Source of the DNA: Lytechinus pictus
Taxonomy: Eukaryota
Assembly: GCF_037042905.1 (NCBI RefSeq)
Contig: NC_087249.1
Location: forward strand, 6,636,001 to 6,700,000
DNA: 64,000 nt
Reading direction: 5' to 3'
The translations under genes and the position numbers were made by a program. The notes under the pieces are model-generated. The model worked only from the letters and a program-made list of their open reading frames with translations. It made no database searches and was not told where the DNA came from. Positions 12,861 to 26,328 of this stretch are shown here, piece after piece; within the stretch, counting starts at the first letter, position 1, and every line of letters begins with the position of its first letter.

Positions 12861-14215
12861 CTAGTTTACTGGAAACCGATTCAGGAAACCAGTTTGGAAG
12901 ATCGCTTTGCTAGCGTTCCCATTTGATCAACCGAAAGTGGTTTTCAAAACCACTTCCTATAAAGCAATCTTGTTGGTATGGAAACGCTCTCAGCGGGGTG
13001 ACACGTTTCGCCGAAATTCGAAACCGCAGCGTGGCATTCTACACCTGTCGTGTGGGGTAGCGTGCTCAAAATGTGCGAAGATCGCTTCCCGAAGAATGGT
13101 TGTGTCCTCACTTAATACGCTAAAACCAGTTTACCGAGGCGAAGTGATCTTGAAAACTACATAGTGAGGTGGTTTTCCAAACTGGTTTGGAAGATTGCTT
13201 CTAAAACCACTTCGACCGTTCTCACTATGCGTTAAACTAGTGTCCACTATTAGTTTCCAATAAAACTAGTTTTAGGAATGTAGTGAGAATGGTGTCCTAG
13301 ACTGTATTAAGGAATAAGGACTAAGGACACACACTATTGTTTCCACTTTGAAGGAAATTACCAGAATTCCGGGAAATCCGGATCATTTTCAGGAAATGAA
13401 AAAATTCCTGGTAATTCCGAGAAATCCCAAAATTACAATTAAACAATTAAAGTAGCAACTTTTAATATTCATGTTACATTTATTAGAACTGTTTACCTCG
13501 ATACGAAGTTCAAAATTTTCCGCTCACATTTCGTAATTTTGTTCCTATTTCTAAAATGGCATGAACAAAAAAATGTTAAATTCCTTGAGTTTGGTCACTT
13601 GGACCAAATTTAGGCTCGCTGTATTATTGTCCGATTTGTGTTAAAAATCAAACTTCAAAATTCCAGGAACTGTCTATGAATCTCGGGAAATTTGGGATTC
13701 AGTATCGGGAAATATGTTTTGGATCGGAATGGGGTATTTTCCCCTATTTATGTTTATGATTCTAAATTACAGTTTTATTTCATGTAGAGACAAGAAATAT
13801 TTAGGGCATTTTGGAGGCAAATTTGCCTTAAGAATGTAGTCTGCAGGCACAAACCCTGAGTGAAACTTCTATCAACAAGAGGATCTTCACGTATAAAACT
13901 TGCTGTTTAGAGGGCCTTCAGTACACAAGTCATTATAGGTTTGCATTCAGACCCCTTAACATGAGTGAATTAAGGAAATGCACAGCAGAGATGGAAATAT
14001 GTGCAATGTTGATATTGCATATTATACACATCTACAGTCCATGCAAGGTACAATGTAGAACTGTAAATTCAGTTAAAGGGATCTATAGTATAAAATTGAA
14101 GGAAAGAAAAAAATTCAAAAAATAAATAACTTCACATTTGTATAAGTAGTAGAAAGGAGACATGATGAGTTATAACCTAGATACAGTCTTCTGTCCAGTC
14201 CAGCTAAGAATTTAA

Positions 14216-14626
14216 GACACCGTTCTCATTATACTTTCTAAAACTGAAATACTGGAAACTGGCTCAGGAAACCAGTTTGGAAGATCGCTTTGCTAGCGGT
14301 CCCATGATTTGATCACCCGAAAGTGTTTTTACAACCACTTCACGTAAAGCGATCTTGTTGCTATGGAAACACTCTCAGTGGGGTGACATGTTTCGCGTGA
14401 AATTTGAAACTGCAGCGTACATGTAGGCATTCCACATAAAGTGCGTGGAGTAGCGCGCTTGAAATGTGCAAATATCGCTTCCCGAAAGCGATCTTCAAAA
14501 CTACATCGCGAGGTGGTTTTATGAACCGGTTTGGAAGATCGCTTCCAAGACCACTTCAACCGTTCTCATTACACGTTAAACTAGTTTCCAGTAAATTAGT
14601 TTTAGGACAGTAGTGAGAACGGTGTC
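14216..14626 (+). mobile_element. Harbinger-like MITE family A, copy 4
   Basis: TIR gacaccgttctca / tgagaacggtgtc, TAA TSD on both sides. Confidence 0.9.
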
Positions 14627-14711
14627 TAATATTTCTTTGAATACATGTATTATACATTCATTTACATAATTGGCCTATTACATGATTTCTTTGGAATATG
14701 TGAGTCCAAAT

Positions 14712-14714
<3 letters not shown>

Positions 14715-14762
<48 letters not shown>
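14715..14762. repeat. (TA)n microsatellite
   Basis: Direct reading. Confidence 0.95.
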
Positions 14763-14764
<2 letters not shown>

Positions 14765-15515
14765 TTCTGAACTCGCAACTTCTCATCTAAAGCTACACGT
14801 AGGCCTATATAAAGTAACAAGTCCAACGGTACCGGTACTTTCTTGTTATGGATGGTGCGTGGGCATGCATATCAAGAATGAAAGTTTATAATACAACATA
14901 TCACTATCCTTGTTTATTCCAAATTATGCAGGTAGTTTGAGCTAGCTCTTGGAGCCATAAAACCACTCAAAGTACCACAATACAAAATATACTGAAATTG
15001 GGGATATGATAGGGGCTATCATCACGCCCCATGTAATTGAGTGCTACCTCTATTTTTCAAAGTAAGCAAACTGAATAATTTGATCAAAATCAAATTTTAG
15101 TCAAACTACATCTGTGTAATACAATGTAGTGGAAGGAATGCCATTGCTTTATGGCATAAAATATTCTTAAATATCACATTCCAATAGAAACATGTCTCTC
15201 AGTATCCAATATTGTTTATTATCAATCTGAACCTCTTTTGCAAGGCAAAAATTCTTTAAAACATGTACATGTAGGCGTACATTATGACTCTTACATAATT
15301 CTTAGGGTATCTCTGAATCCGAAGTAGAGGATATATGTATATATCACTTGCCCATAAAAGGTGAGATAAGCTAGCATAATGATTTTGCACACCAAAAAGG
15401 TGCATCCACACCCACTCGATCACAAGAATACCCATAACGAGAACCATACAACGCCTAGATAGATCCATGTCACTTGATTGGTTGTTTGATGTCAATCATT
15501 CAGTGCATTTTACAA

Positions 15516-15790
15516 TAATAATAATAATATGCAACATTCATATAGCGCTTGATACAAATGTTTCTAAGCACTGCATACTATTTCCCCGGCTTTAGCACGG
15601 CTATCCTGATCGGACGCTCAAGCATTCAAGGAATTCCTTCATACCGGGTACCCATTTACTACACCTGGGTGGAGAGTGGCAAATGTTGATAAACGCCTTG
15701 CCAGAAGATGTGAGTGCTGCGATGAGATTTGAACCCCAGACCTTGTGGTTTACAGTACGGAGACTTATCAAATGAGCCACATCACCTCTA
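15516..15790 (-). mobile_element. tRNA-derived SINE (shorter copies at about 3270-3370 on - and about 59918-60050 on +)
   Basis: B-box ggttcaaatc on the minus strand, shared body tttgccactctccacccaggt, (TTA)n tail, tacaat flanking duplication. Confidence 0.7.
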
Positions 15791-15986
15791 CAATGATGTC
15801 ATCATCCGTGCAATTTTGGATCCATCCATCATGCCATTATATATGATTCCGTCCCTTGCAGGGATAGGGAAGGTTTAGGAATGTTACTGTGTCTAATTAT
15901 TATTTTGTTTATCACTCGCTTTTGTGTAGTATTTATTTTTGTTTTTAATTAATAGTATTTTAAATACGTGTTATCATAATGTATCA

Positions 15987-16020
<34 letters not shown>

Positions 16021-16100
16021 GTCATATTATTTCTCATGTTACCTTGACTGGACCTCTAGGAAGAACAGAGCCATTATATCAATGGCTCTGAATAGAATGA

Positions 16101-16565
16101 TTTATATGACACCTAGATAGATCCTTGTGATTTGATTGGTTGTTTGATATCGTTCATTCAGCCCATTTTACAATGACGTCATCAACCTTGTAATTTTTTA
16201 TCCATTCATCGTGCAATTTTGGATCCATACGATTTTGTCCATTGCACTCGCGCATCGAGACTGCAGCTGCAGGCACCAGCAGTGCGCATGTCGTAATGAC
16301 GTAACAATCAACAGACCGAACTCGCACTGCATAACCATGTTTTGCATCGAAATTCATAAATTTCATATGAAAAAAAAAATTTTAGGTGTCATATAAACCA
16401 AATAATGAATGTTTTTTCATTCGTGCAATGGACAGAATACTTCATTCGGTGAAAGATGAAATAATGATCCATTCAACTCGGCTACGCCTCGTTGAATGGA
16501 TCATTTCATCTTTCACCTTATGAAGTATTCTGTCCATTGCACTCATAAACATTCATTATTTGTAT
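16101..16565. mobile_element. Repeat with two consecutive inverted-repeat modules
   Basis: IR tttatatgacaccta (16101) / taggtgtcatataaa (16383), then a ~165-bp hairpin 16399-16562; partial second copy at about 15453-15830. Confidence 0.65.
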
Positions 16566-19500
16566 ACTATTCTTATATTTTATGTGCATGTTTATATATT
16601 AATCTCATATCTTGTGCAATATATTTTATTGTGATTTTATACGGTAAATAAACCAAACCAAACCGAGGCATTTTCTTTCAGTGAAATTACTTGTAATTTG
16701 CTTTCATACTGGCAAATTGCTACATTTATGTACAGGTATTTTCTGTGATTTGGCAGGTATGAAAGAACCCAATGCAAGTAGAGTATGTCACGCAGGAATA
16801 TAATACCGAGCTCAGCTGGTTCTCAATGTTAATGCATCTATGCTAATTAGTTAAAGGTGACGATAGGGTTTCAAGAGTGAATAGCTGCACTCACTAGATT
16901 ATCATGATATTCATGTACAGTAAAGAGCAAAAAAGACAAATCAATGTAAATCTTGAATTAAATTTTATCAAAGTTATTTGATGAAACTCCATTAACAGAG
17001 TCATGTGTTTGATGCTACATGCATTTTGAAATTCATCCAGATTCCCATTTTGGGATATCTAATACTAGTTTTATAGCTATTTTATAGGCATATTTATCAA
17101 GCATTTGTGTGAAAAATAACAAAGATGGGTATTGTTCTGTGAAAAGTTGCTGATGATTTCCTGAAACACTGAAATTTATCAAGCAAACAAGTTATCCACC
17201 ACAAAGTCCACAAGTTCTTGATGTTGTTTGTATTGGTTTTGACCTGAACAACCATTCGCACTGTGACTCAACAAATATGAATAGACTCATAATCACAAAT
17301 GTAATCTTTTATAAATTTATAAAAGATAACAGCATGGAAAAGTAATTCAAACTGAGCTTTAAATGATGTGGTTTCATGAGCGGTGGATTCCATCTTATCT
17401 ATTTAGGATTTCACAGAAAAGTATAAAAATTCATGAATCATTTCATCACGGTCGTATTTTAGTCTGTGTGTACTGCTGCATAAAGTCAAAATTACCCAAA
17501 AATTGAAATCACAAGGGCCAATACCTACCGCACAACTACAATTATTGACCGTGTTGTACATGCTGGCCTCAGGCTTTTTTTTCTACCATTCATACATGTT
17601 GGCCTCTATATCAAGCACCAAAATTGTTGAGGGGTTATAAAATCTAGTCTAAATTTGTAGGTTGAGCTACATGACCATTTTCAATAATTTCTGCTCTTGC
17701 TCCTACTTGCTCTAGCCTATAATCTGAAATTCAAGAATCACCATTCACCACATTCAAAAGAAAAATTGATACAAATATTTTAATAAAATAGTATTTTTGC
17801 TTTGCTTCAGTTATACTGTGACAGCATTATATCAAATTCTACTTCTGGTCCAGCCAAACAAACAATTATTCACTGTTCACACACACATTGTGGCTTCCAG
17901 TCAACGTGTGGTTGAAGAGAAGTGACAAAAGCGATAAGTGGAATAACAATTACTGACGAAATATTGTTTTTAAAAAAAAAAGTGCTTCAACAATAGGTCA
18001 AAACCTCACAAATGAATACTTCCGTTGAAAAGCACAATAGAACTAACTGTTCTTTCCACAATAATGCACTTCCCCTTTTGGAACGCTACCAAAATTGTAA
18101 TGAGGACATTTCAATGACTTGGAGTTTATTAAGTTAATCAAGGGTCCTACAACTTCCTAATAGTATGAAAAGGGAACCATAGATTGTATCAAGAGAACAT
18201 GTGAAATGTGTACTGTTTGTATCATTAAAAAGAATAGTTTCTTTTTTTAACTTGAATCAACTTCCAGCTAATAAGCGATTAGTTATTTCTTTTATCTAAA
18301 AACGTCTGCATGCCATATTAAAGGGAAGTTCACTCTGACGTAAAGTTGGTTTCTAATTCAATGTGACGTCACAAAATCAAAATTTAGCAATTCGTATCTC
18401 TGTTCTTATTTGACAGATTTTCTTCAAACCTTTTTCTGCATCTTGTCAGCAGGCTGAACTTCCCTTTTAAATACTAATAAAATATTTAAATTTCATCCAT
18501 GAAAGATTACAGGCTTACATGTACATGAGGAAATAAGAAATAAGGACTACAAAGTAGTGAACAGGGTACCATCCAATGGTAAAAAGTGTACTCGGTTGCA
18601 TAACGAGCCAAAAGTTTTGAGCATGGGCAGAAATCTCTCCCCAAAGGTAGGGGGACCAGGGGCGGATCCAGGATTTTCCAAAAGGGGGGCACATTTTCTC
18701 TCGGAAAATTTGACAAGCAAAAAAAAAAAAGCAAAAAGGGTTATCACCCAAAATGTAAGGTCATTTCGTCCAAAATAAATTTGACGAGCAAAAAAAAAGG
18801 TTATCACTTTCAAAAGGGACACGTGGGAAATAACAGTTTTTTCTATTACAAATTTTTATTATGGCTCTCGAGCTGGCTTTTTTCCATCATAAAAGACCAC
18901 AAATTGTAGGGGGGACATTTGATATTGTGTTCCCCCCTTTCCAAATGGTAGGGGGACGCATCCCGCTGTCCCCCCTGGGATTTCCGTCCATGGTTTTGAG
19001 GGGGCTAGACATGATATAAAGAGCGAGCAATAATTCTGACTTTTGTTAAATACATGAACCTAATTTTGTAATAGATTTTGGAGGAATTTTAGAAAATAAG
19101 ACCATTATTTTGCCTTTTTTCCATTTTCTTTTCTTTTTCTCTTCTTTTTTTTGGTTCTGACTTTTTTTTCTTTTTTTTTTCGGGGGGGGGGGGGAGAGGG
19201 TCCATGTCCACCCAAGCCCCTCCCCCATCTGTACACCAGTCAATGTAATCAATTCCAAGCCTAGCCAAACTATTCACAGATGCATGTACATGTAGGCCTG
19301 CATACATGTAGTATGCAACTTGAGCATTTACACTAAAAGGCAGTTTCCTAGAATTCATACTGCCCCCAGGTGTCAGATACATTATAGTGGTAATGAAGGA
19401 ACTATTTGTTTGCAACCTAAAACAAATTCATTTTTAATTCAGAATACATGCACAGTATCTACATGTAGGATGGGGGGTCGGGTGTCCGGACACTTTATAT

Positions 19501-19836
19501 TTTTGAAGCCTTCTTTTTGTCTTAAGATTACACTAAAAATATGAATTCAATAGTTGTAATCATCTTCTATTTTGTTCTCTATAATATTTTCTAAAATTTT
19601 GTACTAAAATTTGATGAAAATTCGCTTGTAATTTTTTCCAAATGACTTTCTAAGATTGATCGTCCGGACACACAACCTGTCCGGACACACAACAACTGGG
19701 TATACAAGAAAAAATATATGATTGTTCTGTTTTTGTTTGCTTCATTTTAATAATATGTTTATTCATTTTTAAGTCCAGTATGGTATGTGTATATTTCATA
19801 GGGGTAAAAATGTTGAAATGTACATGTAAAGTCATC

Positions 19837-20394
19837 CGCATACATTCGTAATTCCGAAGCTTCGTTATTCCGAAGGTTCGGTTATTCCAAAGGTTCGTTA
19901 TTCCGAAGGTTCGTAATTCCGAAGGTTCGTAATTCCGAAGGTTCGTTAGTCCGAAAACGAAATGAGGTTCGTAATTCCGAAGGTTCGTTAGTCCGAAAAC
20001 GAAGTGAGATTCGTAATTCCGAAGGTTCGTTAATCCGAAAAAGAAATGAGGTTCGTAATTCCGAAGGTTCCTTAGTCCGAAAACTAAATGATTAACTAAC
20101 CTTATTTCGTTTTCGGACTAACGAACCTTCGAAACAACGAACCTTATTTCGTTTTTGGATTAACGAACCTTCGGAACATCGAACCTTATTTCGTTTTCGG
20201 ATTAACGAACCTTCGGAACATCGAACCTTATTTCTTTTTCGGATTATCGAACCTTCGGAATAATGCCACAAATTTTCGGATTAACGAACCCTTTTACATT
20301 TTCGGATTAACGAACATCGAGGTATAGGCAATTAACGTGTTTCGGAATTACGAACCTCCGGAATAAAGAACCTTCGGAATTACGAAGTGTAACC
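19837..20394. mobile_element. Foldback-type MITE built of ttcgtaattccgaagg subrepeats, 8-bp TSD
   Basis: Subrepeats invert orientation near 20095; TSD aagtcatc at 19829-19836 and 20395-20402. Confidence 0.88.
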
Positions 20395-21433
20395 AAGTCA
20401 TCATGATGAAAACCAGAATATGACTGTTTCCAATACCGGGTAATCTTTGTGGATTAATTTTGGTTTTAATAATAAATTTCTAATTTTTATAAACATACAA
20501 GTAGGCTGAAGTGGTGATTTTTTTCACCTGATTGCTAAGAAGTAGCAAGCAACCAGAGGACCAATGGCTTAAGGTCCTTTCCGAGGGACCTGGTAATGAG
20601 TATAAATACCTTACCAAAGGGCACTAGCACACCAAGTGGGAATCTAATACCCGGTTCACCTGAATCTTCATATAAAACCACCCCCATAGAGACTGAGCTA
20701 TGTCATACATGTATCCTAACCAGATTGTGTTTATACTTCATATTGTACTCTGTTTCAACAAGTCCATGCTTGTTGCTACAATATCTCTTTATTAAACACA
20801 ATGTGTAAATACATGTATCAAAGTCAATAACAGAATGTTTTTCAAGTGTACATATAATCAGGGAAAAAGCATAAAGGGACTTGAGGCAATTTTGCCCCTG
20901 AAATGTTCAACAGAGCCATGGCCTGAAAAATTCCCATTCACAGCAGTGTTAAAGCTTACCCAAGAGCAGATTTAGGCAGTAATTTGTGAAAAGTAGCCAT
21001 CAAAAATCATTTAACGAAACCCTGTAATACAGAAATTCTGAAACATGTCTAGAATTGCAAGATTCTGATTTTCATGCTACATGAGTATGTACATGTATGA
21101 CCTCAAATGTTGACATACGAATGATTCCATTTTAGAAAAGTGCACGATTTCCATTTATCTTCTGTCTGATCAATTTCCCTTTTGCTTAAATTGACAAATG
21201 AAGTCTCAGAAAATCAAAGTAACAACTGAATAAGCCTATAGATATGTATCTTGATATGAATAGTTTGCCCTTTATTACCATTTTTCTTGAAGTGAGAATG
21301 GTTGTACATTATTTTCTGGTCTCTCTCTTCTATGAATATAAATTGTAATTAAAGAAAATGGAGACTACCTCCATAAACAGAAACAAGTATTAAATCTAAA
21401 TTAGAATAAGAATCTTAAACTATCAAAGTAATG

Positions 21434-22401
21434 AGGTATTGAAAAAAAAAATGTTCATTTTCTTCTAGACGTTTCCCTCAAGGGTCTAAATGCAATTTTT
21501 TCAATTGATTTCTAATCTAAAACTTGTCAAGTACATGTACTGTAACTACACATAACTACGGTGCAAACCAATTTCATAGAAAATCGACTTCAAAGTTTAC
21601 TGTAACATGACCGTTTGTACACTCCAAAATATTAAACTCTTGCACTTCAGTCTCCTATGCTCTCCTGTAAATTCAATCTCCAAAGCTCTCCTTACTTTGA
21701 TTAAACTAAAAGATAGGGTGAACGCAGAATAAATTAGAACTTAACACGATTAAGTCCAGATCAGCACTGACTTTACTTTCCAATCTGATCTTCTGGGAAG
21801 TTCTGCCAATGTACCAACATTGGATAATCATAGAAATCAACCAATCAAATACAAGGAAAATGGTATGAACTATAAAATGAACTAACCCTATTTAAAAATA
21901 AGAACCAATCAGAGAATAGAGAGGGGTGATCATGAGTTAATAAACTGAATCATAATGGGAATTAAACAATAAGACCATGTGGAGTGGAAAGCTAATGGAA
22001 AACCAAGAAGCATGACTGAGGGGAAACTGAATGAAAGAATGAAATGCAATGAACCTGTGTTGCTATGTGAGATGTATTGTGGAGATGGAATGAAAGATGA
22101 GATCATGACAATGTATGTGGATTGTGAGAATGGAAAGAAGGATGAGATGAGTTGAAATGAGTATGGAAAGCCCAATGTAAGAGTACAGATTAAATAAATA
22201 AACCTAGCAAAATTTACTGTTAAGGTATTGAAAAAAAAATGTTCATTTTCTTCTAGACGTTTCCCTCAAGGGTCTAAATGCAATTTTTTCAATTGATTTC
22301 TAATCTAAAATTTGTCAAGTACATGTACATGTACTGTAACTACACATACATGTAACTACGGTGCAAACCAATTTCATAGAAAATCGACTTCAAAGCTTAC
22401 T
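21434..22401 (+). repeat. ~170-bp direct duplication (21434-21601 and 22223-22401)
   Basis: aggtattgaaaaaaaaa..tgttcattttcttctagacg...aaatcgacttcaaag is present twice and nearly identical. Confidence 0.92.
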
Positions 22402-24828
22402 ATAATTTTCACATTTAGTTCCCCAGCCTTATACAACATAATCATTGTTAGAAAAATACATGGTTTGAAAGACCAAGACAATTGCTTGACATTGGTGTCC
22501 TTATTTTTACATATATAACCAAGAATCAGAGAAAATATCGCAAAAGAGCTACATGCTTGTAATTTCGGCTTGAGCGGCTCAGATTTTTCCTGTACAAAAA
22601 CGCCATAGGGAAAAAGCAATATGTCGTTTTGACTGACCGCGATTTCAATGCACACTATCAGTCAAACGTCATATCGCTTTTTCATGTGCAAAGTCAATGC
22701 AGCGCCGATACGACAGTTTGGCTGACCACGCGCATTGAAATCGCGGTCAGTCAAAACGTTGTATCGCTCTGTGGCTCTGCTACAGTACACGTTTCTAATG
22801 GAATTTGCGCATTTTATCAAAAATTTGTATGGCATTGCCATGAAAATCCCCTCATATCTCAGAAACTAAAAGAAATTGCTGCCTAGAAATTTAGTTATGA
22901 ATAGAATAGGACTTGTACTTTCATTTTCTGCAAAAATCCCAAAATAATTTGTTTTTAAACCAGAATTGACAGATAAGACGGTTCGGATGAACGGCCAACG
23001 ATATGAAAGAAATAAAGGTTTGACAGCAAGTTGAGATGAAAAGTATCCCCCTCCTGCTTTTATTGTAAATGGGTATGCTTTGACAGACATTTCCAATCAA
23101 ATAATCTATAGATCTGTTTAAATTTATACTGTTACATGTACATGTAAAGGGAAACCCCTTTTTACAGCCATAAGTTTTCAATAGTAAGAGTCAAAAGAGA
23201 AAGGGGGATTCATATCAGCTTTCACAATGTCACTTAATGTTCACAAGTACTTTGTTCTTTACGGCATTCAATTACTTACATGTGGGCGTAATTCTATATT
23301 GTCTATCATAATTACATTTGATTTCTCCACCCTTTTAATGTTAAAAGCACTGTAGTATCACCAAGATACTTTATATTGCAAGATGAGCGTTTCAACTCTT
23401 GATTTTCGAGAGCATCTATGTTTGAAGTTAAAAAGATTAATGAATAATTTGATTTTAATTAGCACTCTATTTCAGGAAATGCAATAAAAAATAGGAATGG
23501 TTGATGGGTTTATGAATGCCTTTATATTGATGGAGGAAATTTTCAACTCTGTTACTTTCCAGGGCAAAATAGTCATGTTTTGAATGGTTAGCGTGAGAAG
23601 ACAGCACAGGGCTCCCAAAGCAAGCACTCTCACCCATCCATCGCTCTGGGTATAAATAACTCTTGGCCTTTTCAGAATTCTCGTTCGGTGGAGGCCATTC
23701 TTGGGGAGAAAATAAAGATTTCTAGAGAAAAACAAAATCCATAGTCTATAAGACATGAGAATGGATACACAATTTTACACATTAAAAAAAAAATAGAAAC
23801 AAAATACACTGTACATGAGCATGGATGCACAAAGAGAATATACTTGTATTTCAAACAATACATGAAGATAGTGTTTTGTTATTTTAAAAAATAAGACATG
23901 TATATATCAATCACTAATTATTCGGTGTCTGACTGTTTTTTAATTATCCATGATTGTTTTCATGTACAGTTAATAATGGATCTTCAAATTTGTTTAAATT
24001 GCCAAATACAAAAAGTAACATTCAAACAATATTCTTGACAAATTCACTAAAAAATTATATTTCATAATTTCATAGAAAGCATTTGGAAAAATTCATAAAG
24101 TGAAATACAAAATGATAATGAGTAGGGGACGTTATCGAGTTCTTCATTTTTATATCAACCAAGATGTGCTTTTTTTTTTATTAAGCAAAACTTTACATTG
24201 TCATAGCTCTCATACATAAAAATTGTTTTTTTATGTACATCTGATGATTCTGATCACAATGAAAATATCACATTTTGTTTGTTTGATTTTTCTCTATCTA
24301 TTCAAAACAACTTGTTGTTGGGGTGGACTAGGCCTTGAAAATACCAGATATGTTTCACGCAATCACACCTGTCGGAACTGGATAGTTCTGAAGTTACATG
24401 AGTCTGCAACAAATTACTCTCGCAACACTAAAGAAAAGGGTATATGCCTTCTTCATGCCTGGTATCAAAAGTATTTGCTTTTAATAATTTTAACACCGCA
24501 AATATCCAAACCTTGCAAACACTATAAATGCTTTAATAATTTTTTTTATTATAGAACTAATTTTAAGTATGGATATTTTCTTGCAGGGATATTATGAAAA
24601 CCTTCAGTGCGCTTGGACCTCAATGGCAAAATACCTGTTATTTTTTGTGACCAGGGGGGTGTGAAGAATACTACATGCATACTCAATGTAATCTCTCTCT
24701 CTCTTTCTCTCCCCCCACCCCCCCCCCCTCTCTCCCTTTCTTTTTCTCCCTTCCACTCTCTCCTTGTCTCTCTCTCTCTCTCCAGGTGACCGGAGTTAGC
24801 CCAACCCAAACGAGGTGACAAAGTCTAT

Positions 24829-25291
24829 GAGGCTGTTCTCACTCAGTTCCTGAAACTAGTTTAGTGGAAACTAGTTTAGTGGAAACTAGTTTAACGCTAA
24901 GTGAGAACGGTCGAAGCGCTCTTGGAAGCGCTCTTCCAAACCAGTTTGGAAGACCACCTCGCGATGTAGTTTTCAAGATCGCTTCGCATCGGAAAAGTGG
25001 TTTTAGCGTAAGTGAGGACACAACCGTTCTTCGGGAAGCGATCTTCGCACATTTTGAGCGCGCTACTCCACACGACAGGTGTAGAATGCCTATGCTGCGG
25101 TTTCGAATTTCGCGCGAAACGTGTCTCCCCACTGAGAGCGTTTCCATAGCAACAAGAGCGCTATACGTGAAGTGATTTTGAAAACCACTTTCGTGTGATC
25201 AAGTGAGAACGCTAGCAAAGCGATCTTCCAAACTGGCTTTCTGAACCGGTTCCCAGTAAACTAGTTTTAGGAACGTAGTGAGAACAGCCTC
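24829..25291 (-). mobile_element. Harbinger-like MITE family A, copy 5
   Basis: TIR gaggctgttctcact / agtgagaacagcctc. Confidence 0.88.
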
Positions 25292-26094
25292 TTTGAGATG
25301 CCAGAAATAGATCACATCAACAGGATCTTCATTAAGCTGGGGCAGTTACAATTAGTTTCTTTAATAGGTGCTTGGCAGTACAGCACAGCTGAGCCCTGGG
25401 GAAAACAATATGCTATATTTATAGCAAAGGAAAAAGTAACAGGTACATGTAATAGAAATCATCCGACCCTACAGACCTACCTCAAAATATTGTTTTAGAA
25501 CAAAGCAAATATTGCAGTATACAAAATAGGAGATATTTTTTCATGTGGGTTCTTTTCAGAATTATATACATGTAGGGTAGGTGAAAACCAAGTATAAAGA
25601 TTGTTTGAAACATAACAAAAATATACCTGTGCCACAATGTACAGTGCTAAATATGCTACATGTATACATGTATAATACGGTCTTATGATACATGTACATG
25701 TATGTATTATCATAGTAGGTCCGTGGTATTATACACTGAACACTGCTTCAATTATTTCATTCTTTAAAAACAATAGTCAGATTTGTTAATATTGGATAAG
25801 TACTTCCTTGTCAATGGTAAAAACAGATAGAGTATTTATTGTGAAATTCAGACAAGTACTTTTAGGATTATTATAATACTACAATCTGAATGATTTTATT
25901 CAAATTATTCTATTTATGTAAAACTAAAGGCTAATTTATAGAGGGATGAGAGCTATAAAAATAAAATAAAAATCATAGTTCAATCACTTCAGGAATTGGG
26001 AGATGTTCAAGGGAAGTGACTCTCTCATATTATGCACATTTTTCTTTCCTTTTCTCTTTTTTTCTTTGTAGAGGAATTTCTTTTTTTCTCTTTA

Positions 26095-26328
26095 CAGTAA
26101 TTGTGCTCAAAAATTAATGAGCCCCTTCACAAAATACACTCCTTCGTGCTGAATGTTGAATGTAGACAACACCACCAAAATATTTGGCAAGCCCCTGAGA
26201 ACCAAACTTTATTTAATTGAATATTTTATCACCTGACTTTGAGATTAAATATCTGAAATATGCCATGGCAGCACTTGAACACTATTCATTTTCTGGTGGG
26301 GTTCACTATTAACTTTTTAGCACCACTG
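26095..26328. mobile_element. Degenerate Tc1/mariner-like MITE
   Basis: ta-cagt..gtgctcaaaaattaatgagcccc / ggggttcactattaactttttagcaccactg inverted ends. Confidence 0.5.

Larger units (their letters stand above)
11233..13296 (+). mobile_element. Harbinger-like MITE family A, copy 3, split by a nested insertion
   Basis: Left end gaggccattctcattactctttctaaaa (11233-11260) resumes as ctagtttactggaaaccg at 12861 and ends gagaatggtgtc at 13296. Confidence 0.8.

Noticed and set aside
19841..20390. Short regularly spaced repeats resembling an array
   Set aside because: Internal subrepeats of a TSD-flanked foldback MITE
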